Origin: Eledone cirrhosa
Taxonomy: Eukaryota
Assembly: GCA_964016885.1 (NCBI GenBank)
Contig: OZ024741.1
Coordinates: 121,334,001 to 121,398,000 of the forward strand
DNA length: 64,000 nucleotides
Direction of reading: 5' to 3'
Shown: one piece after another, positions 36,769 to 51,320 of the stretch
Layout of the letters: every line of letters starts with the position of its first letter
Position numbering within the stretch: the stretch's first letter is position 1
The notes under the pieces: generated by a model
Seen by the model: the letters and a program-made list of their open reading frames with translations, nothing else
The model's database searches: none
Told to the model about the DNA's origin: nothing
Position numbers and translations under genes: made by a program

Positions 36769-37602
36769 GTTGAACAATGACAACAAAAAAAACCACCCCT
36801 CCAGAATAGATAATAATGATTTCTGATATAGACACACAGTTTCAAATTGTTGACAAAGTGCATAGTCGATATATCGATCCTAAGTTTTTATTTGCCCTTT
36901 ATTTCATAGGCCACATAGCGTATCTTAGAATGAGGGCTAATCTAGTAAAGTTTGATAGTATTTTGCATGCATGGCATGGTCCTGTAGCTCCCGAGGGAGT
37001 CGTAGGGGCAGAGTATTGACATAAGGCGTTTCTAGAGCATTAAAACAATCTGGCGGAATCTATCTCCAGGTCTGAATAGAGCAGGGCTTTTTCGGGGAAG
37101 GAGATAGAGAGTGAGTGAATGGAAGTGAGAAAAAGATATAAAGGGAAAAAAATCGACCCCAATACTTGACTGGTACTTTATTAACGACCCCGAATGGATG
37201 AAAGGCAAAATTGATCTCAGAAAGCAGAGAGTCGAAATGAATACTGCAAAGCATTCTATCCGACGTTTAACGACTCAACCAGTTCGCCATCGTGATAGTA
37301 TTTTACTAAAATAAAAGCCTTATACTATGATCTGGTCATGTTCATTTGGAACGTGTTATCTTACTGATATTCTTTTACTACCGTTATTGTAGAGTAAAAC
37401 GTTTTATATAAATATAAATATATTGTACCTATACAGGCTGGGATCGCGCTCCCCCAGTATGTAACGTTAATATCATATAGGCTTGTTTCTGGTGATAAAC
37501 AAATCCCAAAAGAAAATATTCAGCAATCAGATCAAGCAAATGAAAAAAAAAGGAAAGGAAACTAGAGACAGGTAGAGTTAAATTAATTATAATAATACAT
37601 AC

Positions 37603-37719
37603 GTATACAGCCGGTTTTCACTTCGATAAATCCAGGATTACATGTACAATTATAGCCAGACGATGTATCGACACACGTTGAATTTCGTTTGCAGACATTT
37701 TTTCTGGCTTTACAGTAAG
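37603..37719 (-). CDS. Host gene exon: EGF-like domain 1, YCKARKNVCKRNSTCVDTSSGYNCTCNPGFIEVKTGCI
   Basis: CxDxxxxYxCxCxxGF motif, ttgcag acceptor, GTATG donor, 117 nt, phase 1-1. Confidence 0.9.
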
Positions 37720-39143
37720 CTGCAATGAAATATAGTAACACTAACTAATCAATTTTGTCATAAGTAATATTGATGGATTCTCAGATGGCTCAAGGGAATG
37801 GCTATGGGCACAAGCATGGGCGTGAGCACAAGCATGGCTGTTTAGTTAAATTATTTGACAACTATCCGGGTTCGGGTTCAATCTCATTGCTCGGGCAACG
37901 ACGGTTAAAGTCTGCGTTGAGCAAAGACTTATAAGTAATATTTGGTAGACGGAAACTGTGTGGGAGCCGTCGAACATATCGTTCAAGTCGTAGCTGGTAG
38001 AATTAATTTATCGATCAGTTATGATATTAAGCACTTGGCTTTTGCTTGTTTTCAATTTGTTGCAGGCCCCCGGTCTGAAAGAAAAAGGTCCTTCTTTTCA
38101 CACAACAATCTTTGTATTTGTAAAAAGATATAGCTGTTTCTATTCCCCGCTTGATCTATTCTTCCATTAATGAAATTAAAATCGAATGAATAGACTCCAG
38201 CGTATTGGTGGCACTAATTTCATTGGTTGTGTGTAAATATTTTCAATTCTACGCTCTTCGTACAATTATAGCTAGTTCCAGCAGTTTTCTTGAATCTTCA
38301 ACAAACATTCTATTAAGATTAATTATAATTGCATGGAGAACATAGGAATGAAGGTATCTAGCTAAACCCCAAATCTAAAAATATCACATAAACAATCCAA
38401 CATGAATGTAATTATAGAGACACGTCTAGTTGACCCTTTGACACAAATTGTTTGTCAAAAGAAATAGTATACAGAGCATAGTATACTAGAATAACTAGTC
38501 AACACAGTAGAGTCGTACATCGAATTAACCGATAACGTTTTAAAGCTAGACACACAGACTACATGCTCATTCGTTTAGGCGGGAACCAGTGCAATGTCAG
38601 ATGCTTTTCAAAACACTTTTGGTTCTTAAAAGATAGAAGAGCAAGCAATTCTACAATACAATAAATTATTATGACTGTGGCAGCGACTGAAAAACTCAAA
38701 ATACCCCCTACCGAACCTACTTTGTCATTCCCTAAATAGGAGTAAAGAATTCTTTTTGATTTCATTTGGGGGATTCTAAACTTCGGGTTTTCAAGGAAAT
38801 ACGTGTGTCATGGGATTGTAAATTGTAGACTGGTTGAATTTACAGCCAACTGAGAAATTCATCACGTAAAATTTAAACTAAAATCTAAGCTAAACTAGGA
38901 TTTTCTAAATTAATTATATTAAGAAAAAGGATAGTTGTATATTCTTCAAAAGAATATATTTTTCTGAATATTGCTTTGAAAAGACTTTTAGTTGTGTATA
39001 ACCTCCATTTGCTTTTGATTTACGCGACTCCCCTTAGCTAAACGAAACCCTAAGACGCCCGGCGTCCTCTTGGATTACATATTTGTCATTACCGATCAAC
39101 AATATCTGCCTGATACAAAATAATATGAATGACATAAACTTAC

Positions 39144-39299
39144 ATTTGCATAACTTGACATCCTTTGTTCCTTCAGATAACGTGAATGTTCCACTTGGAC
39201 AACTCTTGCAACTGTTCTGGTGTTTCTCATCTTGGTATTTATCCAATGAACAATTTAAACAAGTCGAAGTATTAAAGTAAGTTCCTTCACCACAGGGAG
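39144..39299 (-). CDS. Host gene exon: Ephrin_rec_like (GCC2_GCC3) repeat 10
   Basis: PCGEGTYFNTSTCLNCSLDKYQDEKHQNSCKSCPSGTFTLSEGTKDVKLCK; AG/GTAAG; 156 nt, phase 1-1. Confidence 0.9.
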
Positions 39300-39556
39300 C
39301 TAAAAGAGAAATAAATCATAAATACATACATACGTACGTATGCACATTCATAAACACACACACACATATATATATATAACGTTTTCTGTGGTGTGCTTAG
39401 TATGTAAACTATTTATATTCTTGAAGGGTTGTTTTTTACTAGAAAAGTGATTATGAATTTTGGTTAGTGTGTGAAGTGAATATAAATAAATAGATGAATG
39501 AATAAAAGAGATAGTTGCTACACTAGCTATATGGGCTAACGTATATACCAATACAC

Positions 39557-39607
<51 letters not shown>

Positions 39608-39881
39608 CACACGCACACACACACACACACACACACACTTATATACAAAGTATACGTAGCCACAAATGTGTGGTTGTAAAAAAAAATTAGTTGGATATGT
39701 AAGGGTGAAAATGTGAATAGTAATAGGAAATAAATATAATAGTAATAATAACGATGATAAAATTGGTGATACAAATGAAAGTAATGATACTAATTGTGGT
39801 AATTAATAGGATGCTGGTGGTATAATTGTTTAGTCCTCTATACCGACTGGAAACTACGCACCGAGTGCTCACTCTAGTGAA

Positions 39882-39943
<62 letters not shown>

Positions 39944-40017
39944 TATATACATATGTATATATCTAAGTACATAGGTATATATCTATATCTATCTATATAT
40001 CTATCTATCTATATATT

Positions 40018-40069
<52 letters not shown>

Positions 40070-40447
40070 TATATACACATATATATTTACATATATATAT
40101 ATACATATATATTTACATATGTATATATACATATATATTTACATATATATATATATTCATACACATATCTAAAGTCTGTCTTAAGCCAGAAGGTTCATTT
40201 GGCCGGTGCTTATCCCGGTTTCATGGCATGAAGTGACTGAGAGTACATGACACTCCCCTGGACAGGACGCCAGTCCATCGCAGGGTTAAACCCCCAGCTA
40301 TTGCTGGTATTCATTTCAGCTGAGTATACTGGAGCAACGCGAAAGGAAGTATTTTGCTCAAGAACACAACACGCAACCCAGGAATCGAACCGACGACATT
40401 ATGATTGTAAGTTCAACCTCCTTACCACTAGGCCACGTGCCTCCATG

Positions 40448-40560
<113 letters not shown>

Positions 40561-41752
40561 CTGCTACACATTTCGTTCCGGTGCCATGACTAAGTTCCAG
40601 CTCATCCTGTCCAGCACTGCCATCTGAAGTTCGCTTGCTCCAAACCCTGTGTCATCTTCAAGAACATCGTTCCGTGGGATGACTGGTCTCCCAACTCATT
40701 TGCATACATCTGGTTTCCCGTGAATAACTAACTCTGCCAGTAGAATTTATTGTCACGTGTCACAAGGTTTGCTAATGTAAACTTCCGTCGCTTTATGATG
40801 TCAGAAAGGCAAATATGTGAACCGTAGAGCGGTTTTTTCTTTACATGTGCTTTCCAGGGAGATGTTCTGGACCTTTCTCCGCATTCGCGTCTATGTGCCA
40901 TTGATTGTCTTTGAGAGGGTTTTTTTTTATAATATCCATGACTCACATCTGTAGAAAAGGGATTCAAGCGTTGCTTTAAATAGTTTCATCTTTGTTGTTT
41001 TCTTGATTGGGGATACACAAACCTTGGATAGGGAGTTGAGAATTCCCCATGCCTTACCTATTTTGTGTTTTGCTCCGTGTAACTGTCCAGGAACCACAAG
41101 AAAGAAACGGCAATTGTTTTCATAGACTTAAAGAAAGCATTTGATTCGAGTGACCTAAAGAATATACTAGAAATTCTTCTTGCATTTGGGATAGCACCTC
41201 AGATTGTGAATGCAATTAAAGTCATATATCAGAATATTTCAGTACTTGCAATGACAGCCAAACGAAATACAGAAATAGTCTCCATCAATACCAGTGTCTG
41301 CCTTGTATTGCGTAATGCTATTACACCATCAGATGGGATAATGGCAAAGTACCAGATATTCGGAGGAAGTTCTACCCGAACAGGCCTATGCAAATAACAT
41401 AGCTCTCTTGGAAAACACCATCAAAGAAGCTAAGGATTTAGTACACACACATACACACATACACGCATACACACACACAGGCACACACACACACACGCGC
41501 GCACACACACACATACATAACAAAATATGCACACACAAACGTCCCCGTATATATCTATGTACCTCTACCTTTCTCTCATTACGCATATGTGAACTGTCCT
41601 TGACATCTATGTATGGTCCCGTAACCCCCGATGGAGTCTTAGGGGCACCGTAATGGCATACGATGTTTCTAGTGCATTTTAAAACACGGCGGAGCCCATC
41701 CTCTTGACATAAATGATAAAAAAAGTGAGTAATGTGAATACAATCTACTTAC

Positions 41753-41911
41753 AGAGTACACAGTCTGCTTCTGATGTTTTCCCTTCTCCTGTAGTTAGGA
41801 AATCAAGAGGGCATTTGATACAGGTATCATTGCTGGCTGGGCTATAACTTCCGATTGGACACTTAACACAAGCATCTGTACCATTATTTCTTTCACCTTC
41901 TAAGCAATTGC
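41753..41911 (-). CDS. Host gene exon: Ephrin_rec_like repeat 9
   Basis: NCLEGERNNGTDACVKCPIGSYSPASNDTCIKCPLDFLTTGEGKTSEADCVL; 159 nt, phase 1-1. Confidence 0.9.
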
Positions 41912-42927
41912 CTAGATTATACAAATGAATAAAAACGAACAGAATAAATAAAAGACGAAAAAGGAAATGATCGACAAGATCCCAAACCTCATTCGCTTAC
42001 CGAGTGGGGTGGAAGTCGCCAGATCCAAGGAAACGATGTTTCCATTTCTGATACTAACTACCAGTTGCAACTCCTGGCTGAAAGAGCGTCATGAAATAGA
42101 GTGTCTTGTGTAAGGACATAATACATCGCCCGGACCGGGAATCGAACTCATAACCCCAGAGTTGCGAATACAATTCTCTAACCACTAAGATTCACGCCTT
42201 TACGAAATAAAATATGAAATCAAGTAACATATACATGAAAACTATCAAATGTGTGTACGTGTACGTGCGTGTGTGTGTGCCTGATATCCATCGGTTTCGA
42301 CGACGAGTGTTCCATTTGTTTAATGAACGGAATAATCTGCTCATGAAATTATCGTGTCTTTTGTTAGGCATTCTGCAGATACGTGTAACCTTATCGTCGT
42401 TTTCTGGGAAATTTCTGGGAAATTCAGCATGACACAGTGTGTGACAAAGCTGTTCCTTTGAATTACAAGTACATTCCACCCGACAGGCTTCCAAACAGTC
42501 TCTGTCTACCTAATTTCACTCAACAGGCATGTGTCAGTTGATCGTTATCACTGCTGTATTACAGGGATCATCTGACGAGGTAGCGAGATAAGCTTCATTG
42601 CAATCATCGAGGTGTTTTATTTCGGCTCCTTGTGGTTACTTGACACCACGTATGTTCCGTTGTCATCGAGACCCTCTCTGATGGCTAAAGATACACAAGC
42701 AACCCGCTCACCTAGCGGTAGAAACAATTAAAAAACCTTTAATTGAATCAACCTTTTTAAATTACTGTTTTATTAGGAAAGGAAATGCCTGGCCATGGCT
42801 GACTGTCGTTTTGCCTCTCTGGGGTACCAGGCTGCTCAGAGTGTTTCGTAGAAAACCAGTATAATGACTGAAATCCGTAAATTAATAAAATAATAATAAA
42901 TGAAAGAATACTAAATAAATTACTCAC

Positions 42928-43074
42928 GGACACAGAACGCTGAGCCTTTTTGCCAAGTTTTGTAATTTGATGGACAAGGAAGACAAGATGTCTGCTGTGT
43001 TTCATTTTGATACTGATTTAGAGAGCACTCAGTACACTGGTTGTTGTCTAGATAGAATCCAGCAGTACAAAACG
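42928..43074 (-). CDS. Host gene exon: Ephrin_rec_like repeat 8
   Basis: FCTAGFYLDNNQCTECSLNQYQNETQQTSCLPCPSNYKTWQKGSAFCV; ttgcag/GTGAG; 147 nt. Confidence 0.9.
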
Positions 43075-44347
43075 CTGCAATAGACAATGAAGAATGGTTT
43101 ATGATTTAGATAAAGTAAGAAAAAAGGCAAGGCGGAGAAGTGGCAGAGCATTAGAGCGTCGGATAGAAAGCTTTGCGGTTTTTCTTGGGTCTCTTTGTGG
43201 TCACAGTTCAAATCCGAGGTCAGCTTTTTCTTTTATTGTTTTGGGTTGATAAATAAAGGAACTGTCCAGGAGGGGTGGCGGCTTGGTAGCATTCTTAAAG
43301 AGTCAAGACAGGATGCTTTGTGGTATCTGATCTTGCTGTGTGTGATGAAATCAAATCCTGCCTCCTTCTGAAAGGGGCTGCGACTGACAGATAGTATCAG
43401 CAATGGAAAAATGCTTATTTGGAGCAATATGACGATCGGAATCTTTCCCTTTTTTGAGCCACAGATTGAATTCAAGCTAAACAAGAAGACTAATGTATCC
43501 AAAAGGTTATATTGGCTATGCTATTGTGCTATTATCCGTGGGGCAGCTATGTAATGGAAATCAGGAGCTAGATAGAATTTAGTTGTACAAAAACTATAAT
43601 AGACAAAGAAAACTGATTGAAATGAAGTAAAGTTAGACAAGGCAGAACATTGGCAGTTACGAGAGCATCGAGCAAAATGCCTTGCTGTATTTGTTCCAGC
43701 CTTCTGTACCCAAGGTTCAAACCCTACCATGGTGAGCTTTGATTTTTCGTTTTTTCGGGGTATACAAAACAACATAAAATTCCAAGGTAGTGTATTGACG
43801 GGATATTTGGGGGTTGGATAGAATGCTCTGCAGTATTTGTCCGGCTCTCTCCACTCTGAGTTCAAATCCTGCCGAGGTCAACTTTGCCTTTTATCTTTTT
43901 GATGTTAGTAAGTACCAGTTTAATATTGGGTCAATTTTCCTTCATATTTTTTTCTCCCTCCTCTCTTTGTTTGCCGAAAGGAAATGGCTGTGTTAATGCC
44001 AAATAGAAGGTAAATACAATTATCGTTGATTCTTGAAAAGTTAAAAATTTTAAATCCTTGGAAAATCGAAGTAAAATAACAGTAGAGCACCGCATTCGTC
44101 AGCACCACCTTCCATTTGTTTCCTTTTGGAAAAATGTATTCTAACATCGAAATATAATGAAATACAAAACAAAAGTGTAAACATAGTAGTAGTTCGTTAT
44201 TAATGAAAAGTTTTACATTTTAAGTGAAAAAATAAAAATTATACATAACATTTTAACAAGGAAACTTTGAAATATAACAAAATGCAAAACAGAGCAATAA
44301 CATTAACAACAAAAAACAACAACAATAATAAAAACAATCCGACTTAC

Positions 44348-44521
44348 TAACTGTACAATCAGCGTCAGAAACGGAGGCATTATTTGCTGTTATTTTGCCA
44401 TCTGGACATTTAATACACGGAGAAAAGAGGCCCTGTGAATTGTTTTTGTAGAATCCGATTTGACATGGAGAACATTGCTGGGAATTACTGGCCACTTTCT
44501 CGTACCCGCTCTCGCAGTAGG
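44348..44521 (-). CDS. Host gene exon: Ephrin_rec_like repeat 7
   Basis: YCESGYEKVASNSQQCSPCQIGFYKNNSQGLFSPCIKCPDGKITANNASVSDADCTV; 174 nt, phase 1-1. Confidence 0.9.
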
Positions 44522-44935
44522 CTGAAAAAAGCGAGAACGACAAAAACCACATGAAGTGAGGAGGAAGAAGATGAAAAATAGATGAAGGAGAGTGGTAACT
44601 TTATAGATTGTTATATACATTGGTTCGTCGTCGTCATATTTGATCAGTAATTAATATTATATCTACCCCTTTCATCGCCACCCTCTTCCTCATCACTCTC
44701 TTCATAAAAATATCTAACATGTAACAATATCTGGGATATATAGATGTATAATAATATCTGCAGTATATATGACAATATTTATAATACATAATGATACCTT
44801 TGATACATATATATGACAATAATCACGATACATATATATGGCAATAGCTATGATATATATGACAATATCTATAATATTTTATATATGTGTGAATATTTTG
44901 ACAATATATTTGATATGTATTTATGACCATATCTA

Positions 44936-45001
<66 letters not shown>

Positions 45002-45559
45002 ATATCCATGAGACATTATATTTATAACAGTATCTATGATATATTTATGACAACATTTATGATAATGTATCTATGATATATTGTATTGATGATACTATCT
45101 ACGATATACTATATGTCGTATTGTATTTATAACAGTATCTATGAGATGTTATATAATATATCCAGCAGTTGCTCATGCAGAAATTCTCTCCTCTCCGTAA
45201 GTGAGTGAGAAAGAGAGAGAAGGAGAGAGAGAGAGAGAGAGAGGAGAGAGCGAGAGAGAGAGAGAGGGGGGGGGGGGAGAAAGATGGAGAGAAAATACGA
45301 GGGAAAAGAATAAAGAGGGGGTGGAAGCATGAGAGAAAGAGAGAGAGAGTGAGGAAGAAACAAGGAGTGATGGAGATACAGAGAAATTCCGGTTGGGTTT
45401 CAGAGAAGTGCAAACGGGAGAGAATGGATCGAAAGAGAAAGAATCTAGTGAAACATAGAAAAGAGAGGGAAAAGTGAAGTACTCGAGTCAATATGATCGT
45501 CTAAAACCACAACCACAAAAAACCTTCACGGCGGTGCCCCAGATATAAGAACAAATATT

Positions 45560-46010
45560 CCAGAAATTTGAGGCCCTGTGCCAATGTTAGATTTCTAACT
45601 GAACTCTACTGCCCTTCATCAAGTTTAAGGATTCGTGCTGATATTAGAAACTTAATCTAAATATACTGACCGCCCACTTCAAATTTAAAGATTTGTGTAA
45701 AGGCTGAAAACCTATCTGAAATAAGCAGACTTCCACCCATCAAATTTAAGGCCTTGTGTTGTCAATGTTAGACACTTTACTGAAATATAGCGACTCAACA
45801 AATTGAAGTTTTGGTGGTGCTAGTGTTAGAAAACTAACTGTAATATGAATTATTCCCACACATTTAAGGTTTTGCGCTGCTGTTGTTAGAAACTTAACTG
45901 AAATATACCAGATTTCAAAAATTAAAGGCCTTGCACTGACGTTAGTAACCTAAATGTAATATTTTGCCCTCCTAACTTTAAGGTTTTGGGTTACCAATGT
46001 TAGAAAGCTA
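45560..46010. repeat. Degenerate minisatellite, unit about 60 bp
   Basis: Recurring 'atttaagg...tgttagaaacttaactgaaata' about once per 60 bp. Confidence 0.65.
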
Positions 46011-46425
46011 ACAGAAATATACCGAAAGCCCCCCCCCCCCCCAGCACAAAAGGTTTTGTGTCGACGTTTGAAAGCAGAAGTAACTCAGACTAGAAAATTG
46101 AGTAGAGAGGAGAAACATTAAAATAAACAAATTGAGAAAATGAAGAATATCAAAAATATATACATATAGATAAAAAGAAAACAATATGAAGAATGTGTGT
46201 AGATGTGTATAGATGTGTGTAGAAATATGTAGATATGTGTGTAGATGTGTGTAGATATGCAGATATGTAAATTTGTAGATATATAGATATGTGTATGTAT
46301 ATATATATGTATATATATAAGTCGCTGGCTGGACTAAAAAGTCACACTTGTTTAGCGCATCGGTAGGGGTTCTCCTACATGGATATAAAGTAGTGGCCGT
46401 ACTCGAAAACGAGTTGGCAGTCACC

Positions 46426-46458
<33 letters not shown>

Positions 46459-46504
46459 TGTATGTATATATGTATGTATATATGTATGTATATGTGTATG
46501 TATG

Positions 46505-46564
<60 letters not shown>

Positions 46565-46596
46565 TGTATGTATGTATGTATGTATGTATGTATATG

Positions 46597-47187
46597 CTAC
46601 TGGTAACATGTATTCCAGTACAACCTGTCCCATGGTCGGGTCGTTGGCGACTAAACTGGCAACCCCACCAAGGTTTCTTGGTGAGGAGGGTGACTTTGGA
46701 CATCCTGCAGGACTAAAAACAAAACCTGTCAAAAGGCAAAGGAGCTCTTAAGAGTCAATGGCCATCCAAAATCACCGGGAGAGATGACCCCTTAGCCTTT
46801 GTCAAGGCAGAATTCTAGGAGAAGGAAAACTCTGATATAACACCTGCAACCCTGATGGTATCCAATGATGTTGACTTGTTCTTCTTTTTGGTAAATATCA
46901 TCTTGGTTAAGAGAGTGGGACTGGCTTTGTGCAGTGCCTTTGCTCACTATAAAAGCTTCACGGCACAGGCATTGCTTTATATCTGGAGATCTCTCTGCAT
47001 TTGTCGTCACATGGTACCATGGGCCCAGCACTATGTGTCAATAATTGTCACAAGTGTAGTGTTTGTACCAGAGCTTTCAAGTCGCTGGCTGGACTAAAAA
47101 GTCACACTCGTTCAGCGCATCAGTAGGGGTTCTCCTACATGGATATAAAGTAGTGGCCGTACTCGAAAACGAGTTGGCAGCCACCAT
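46597..47187 (+). mobile_element. Non-autonomous RTE-related element, about 590 bp; truncated copies at 46319-46427 and 48272-48659
   Basis: RTE-5'UTR-like 'ggagaaggaaaactctgat'; the 3' end tggccgtactcgaaaacgagttggcagccaccat resembles the RTE LINE end; (GTAT)n tails. Confidence 0.75.
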
Positions 47188-47199
47188 GTATGTATATGT

Positions 47200-48004
47200 A
47201 TGATGTCAAGATTTTGGAAAGCTCTATGTGTGACAGTATAGAAGCTCTTGTGCTTAAGCAACGACTCCGTTGGAGTGGTCACCTTGCCAGGATGAAGGAT
47301 TCTAGAATACCAAAACAACTCTTTTATGGAGAGTTGGTTAAAGGAAAACGACCGCCACATAAACCAAAAAAGAGGTATAAGGATTTCTTGAAAGCCTCTC
47401 TGAAAGACGCTAACACCTCTGCTGATACATGGGAAAATATTGCTGCTGATCGTAATAAATGGAAAAAGACTGTATATGAGGGAAAAGTTGCCTTTGAGGC
47501 ATCTCGAATAGCATACGAGAAAGTAAAGCGGGATGTGAGGAAGGGCATTGCTGTTGCACTTCCAGACGGCGAGGGTCCTCCTATGGTGTTGACATGCAGC
47601 GTCTGTGCGAGACTCTGCCTAAGCAAAGCTGGACTCGAAAGTCATCTTCGCAGTCATAAAGTAAGACCAGTGGTTGACTACCAGGCTGCTGTTGGAGATG
47701 CTACTCATCATGCTTGCCAAACATGTGGTAGAGAATGTAAATCAGCAGGACGGCTCAAGCGACATGCAAAAGTACATGAACTCCAACCACAGCCGACTAT
47801 TCCCAGTGAATGTTTTGGTTGCCGACTCTGTGCAAGACATTTTAGATCATTGGCTGGGCTAAAAAGCCACATTCGATCGCAGCGCTGTTAGTTGCTATCG
47901 TATGTGTGTGTGTGTGTGTGTATAGATATGTTTATGTGTGCGTGTATGTGTATATATATATATGTATATGTATATTATTATTGTTGTTGACGTTATTATT
48001 ATTG

Positions 48005-48066
<62 letters not shown>

Positions 48067-48250
48067 GTTATTAATGTATATGTGTGTGTGTGTGTATATA
48101 TATATGTGTGTATATATGTATATGTATGTGTGTGTGTATATATATATATATTTTTTTTTATTTATTTTAATTTTTTTTTTTATTCATTTATTAATTTTTT
48201 TTTTCTCCTCGTGCAATGGCCATACTCGATAACGAGGGGGCAGCCATCAT
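47200..48250 (+). mobile_element. 5'-truncated RTE LINE, second copy (triple zinc-finger tail)
   Basis: ORF to 47891 nearly identical to 29060-29893; same UTR ending ...ctcgataacgagggggcagccatcat. Confidence 0.9.
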
Positions 48251-48657
48251 ATGTATGTTTGTATGTATGTATGTCAAGGCAGAATTCTAGGAGAAGGAAA
48301 ACTCTGATATAACACCTGCAACCCTGATGATATCCAATGATGTTGACTTGTTCTTCTTTTTGGTAAATATCATCTTGGTTAAGAGAGTGGGACTGGCTTT
48401 GTGCAGTGCCTTTGCTCACTATAAAAGATTCACGGCACAGGTATTGCTTTATATCTGGAGATCTCTCTGCACTTGTCGTCACATGGTACCATGGGCCCAG
48501 CACTATGTGTCAATAATTATCACAGGTGTAGTGTTTGTACCAGAGTTTTCAAGTCGCTGGCTGGACTAAAAAGTCACACTCGTTCAGCGCATCAGTAGGG
48601 GTTCTCCTACATGGATATGAAGTAGTGGCCGTACTCGAAAACGAGTTGGCAGCCACC

Positions 48658-48719
<62 letters not shown>

Positions 48720-48721
<2 letters not shown>

Positions 48722-49595
48722 GTAGATATATTTAGATTTGTGTAGATATGTGAAGATATGGGTAGATATGTGTAGATATGTGTAAATATGTGTAGATATG
48801 TGTAAATATGTGAAGATATGTAGATATATGTTGATGTATAGATATGTACATATGTGTTGATGTATAGATATAAGTAGATATATAAATATGTATAGATATG
48901 TAGATATGTGTAGATGTATAGATATGTGGAAATATTTGTTGATATGAAGATATGTGAAGGTATGTGTAGATATGTGTAGATATATATCGATATGTACAGA
49001 TATGTATAGATATGTAACTATCTACATATGTGTAGATTTGTGTAGATATTTAGAGATTTGTATAGATGTATGTAGATAAATATGATCTGTGAAAATATGT
49101 GTAGATATATAGATATGTGTAGATATATTTAGATATGTGCAGAGGCATAACTATGGAAAATAGCGCCTACAACAAGCAGTGAAATTGCGGCCCAGCCCAG
49201 CACTATTTTTACCTATAGGCCTAATAATTTATATAAATGGTTTAATGATCCAGCTACCAGTGTTCTCACCCATGATAGAGACAGATCATACATCTGAAGG
49301 AGTTTCTTTTTTCACTCTCCAACGAGGCTTATAAGACTTTAATAGAACGTGCTCCTAGTCCCAGTGGCGCCCCCTTCATGAGGCCTCCATGGCACGTGCC
49401 ATGCTTGCCATAACCTAGTTACGCCCCTGGATATGTGGAAATGTGTGTAGATATGTGAAGACATGTGTAGATGTGTGTAGATATGTAGATATGTATGGGA
49501 ATGCCAAAACATATATAGATATATTTAGATATGTATAAAAATATAGATATCTGTAGACATAAAAATATGAAGATATGTGTAGATAAGTAGATACG
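48720..49595. repeat. Degenerate (GTAGATATGT)n decamer satellite, also at 46190-46310
   Basis: Read directly. Confidence 0.8.
49140..49429. mobile_element. hAT-like MITE with 8-bp TSD
   Basis: TIRs CAGAGGCATAACTA / TAGTTACGCCCCTG; GATATGTG duplicated at 49132-49139 and 49430-49437. Confidence 0.75.
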
Positions 49596-49991
49596 TGACC
49601 AAAAAACATGCCTTATAAAACACCTGAATAATCGCATACTTACTACAACATGTCTTTCCTATAAATAAACAATAATTGAAACAGTTAAATTCCACAGTGA
49701 ACATTAGGAATAATTAAACATGGATTTCTGGTATCTGTTCATTGGAGCTGACTTACATTACTTCTTACTAGTACACCTCCACTTAAACATCTCCGACTCT
49801 ACCATTTCTTCTCCTCTCGTCATCCATATTCCCCCCCCCCCCACATATAAACAGATAAGAGACCTGAATAATCTTTCTACCGCTGCTACTGTAGGTTTAT
49901 GTTCCTTGGAATTGGTTGGTCTTGCCTCTTAACTATATCAACTCCACTCAACTATTCTCCCCCTCTTATCTATTTTATCAGCTTCACAAAA

Positions 49992-50375
49992 TAATTGTTT
50001 CTACTTTTGGCACAAGGCCAGCGATTAACCCAGTGTATTACTGGTACTTTATTTTATCGACCCCGTAAAGATGAAAGGCAAAGTTAACCTCGGCGGGATT
50101 TGAACTCAAACTATAAAGGACCGTAACTCTTTGCTGCAAAGTATGGCGTCAGACCCTCTACCGATACTGCTAATCCACCGCCCTTTATAATTGTTTCTAC
50201 TTTTGGCACAAGGCCAGCAATTATCCCAGTGTATTACTGGTACTTTATTTTATCGACCCCGTAAGGATGAAAGGCAAAGTTAACCTCGGCGGGATTTGAA
50301 CTCAGATCATAAAGGGAGATAACTCTATGCTTCAAAGCATGGCGTCCGACTCTCTACCGATACTGCCAATCCACC
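49992..50375 (-). mobile_element. Two tandem SINEs, main family
   Basis: 49992-50183 and 50188-50375, both reverse complements of the 15280 SINE. Confidence 0.85.
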
Positions 50376-51158
50376 ATAATGCGCATTAATATGAGTTGTA
50401 TACTTATAAATTGTATACTTTCAACAACATATTTTTTCTAGAAATAAACAATAATTAAGCTAATAAGATGCAATACATAGATGCACCATAGCCGAATGGT
50501 TAAGAAGTTCGCTTTGCAGCCACAAGGTTCTGGGTTCGATCCTACTGCGTGGAATCTTTAGCAAGTGTCAATTACCGTATACTCGGGTCGACCAAGGCTC
50601 TGTGAATGAAATTGGATAGGCGGAAAGTGTTTAGAAACCTGTCTGGAGAATTGTAGCTGCACGGTCGTATTGTGACACCACTTTTAAGGAATTTAGTAAC
50701 ATATTCTGTTCCCTGTGCTTATTTTTTTTAAAATCTTTTTCTTGAACCACTAAGTTACGTCAAAACGGCTTGAGCTCTGCCGTCGGGGTCTAACATTTTC
50801 CTATATATATATATACGACGGACTTTCAAACAGTTTACGTCTACCAAATTTCACTCACAAGGCATTGGTTAACCCAAGGTACCATAAAGTGGGACTGAAA
50901 CCGAAATTACGGTTATCTTTCTTTGCTTTTATTTACTTCTTCGTCTATATTTTCTTTGTATCAGATAAACACCGTTAAAATTAAACATAACGTTTCAAGA
51001 AAAAGAGATCGATGATCGAGAAAATATGTACCAAACTTGAACAGATATATAGTGGTGCCGATATAATCGACTAATTCCTTTTAAGACGATGCATAAGCAT
51101 GGCCGCAGTCTAATGACTGAAACCAATAACAGGATAAAAAGCTTTAATGTTTGCTCAC

Positions 51159-51320
51159 CTTCACAGGAACCTTCTGCTGTAGAACCTGTAGAATTCGTGC
51201 TTGTGCTGACGTTGCATGGAATGCAGCTCTCCATATCATTATTTGGTTGATAGGTTCCCACTGGACAAAGTTCACAACCTGTCTGATTAGCATTAGGCTG
51301 TTGGCCGGGAGAGCATTTAT
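51159..51320 (-). CDS. Host gene exon: Ephrin_rec_like repeat 6
   Basis: KCSPGQQPNANQTGCELCPVGTYQPNNDMESCIPCNVSTSTNSTGSTAEGSCE; 162 nt, AG/GTGAG. Confidence 0.92.

Noticed and set aside
46597-46710. HDV-like ribozyme at the 5' end of the non-autonomous RTE element
   Set aside because: Two hairpins are visible but I could not build the nested double pseudoknot by eye.
50489-50550. tRNA gene (A/B boxes), similarly at 25790-25845 and 15280
   Set aside because: No closed acceptor stem; each continues into SINE body sequence, so these are tRNA-derived SINE heads.
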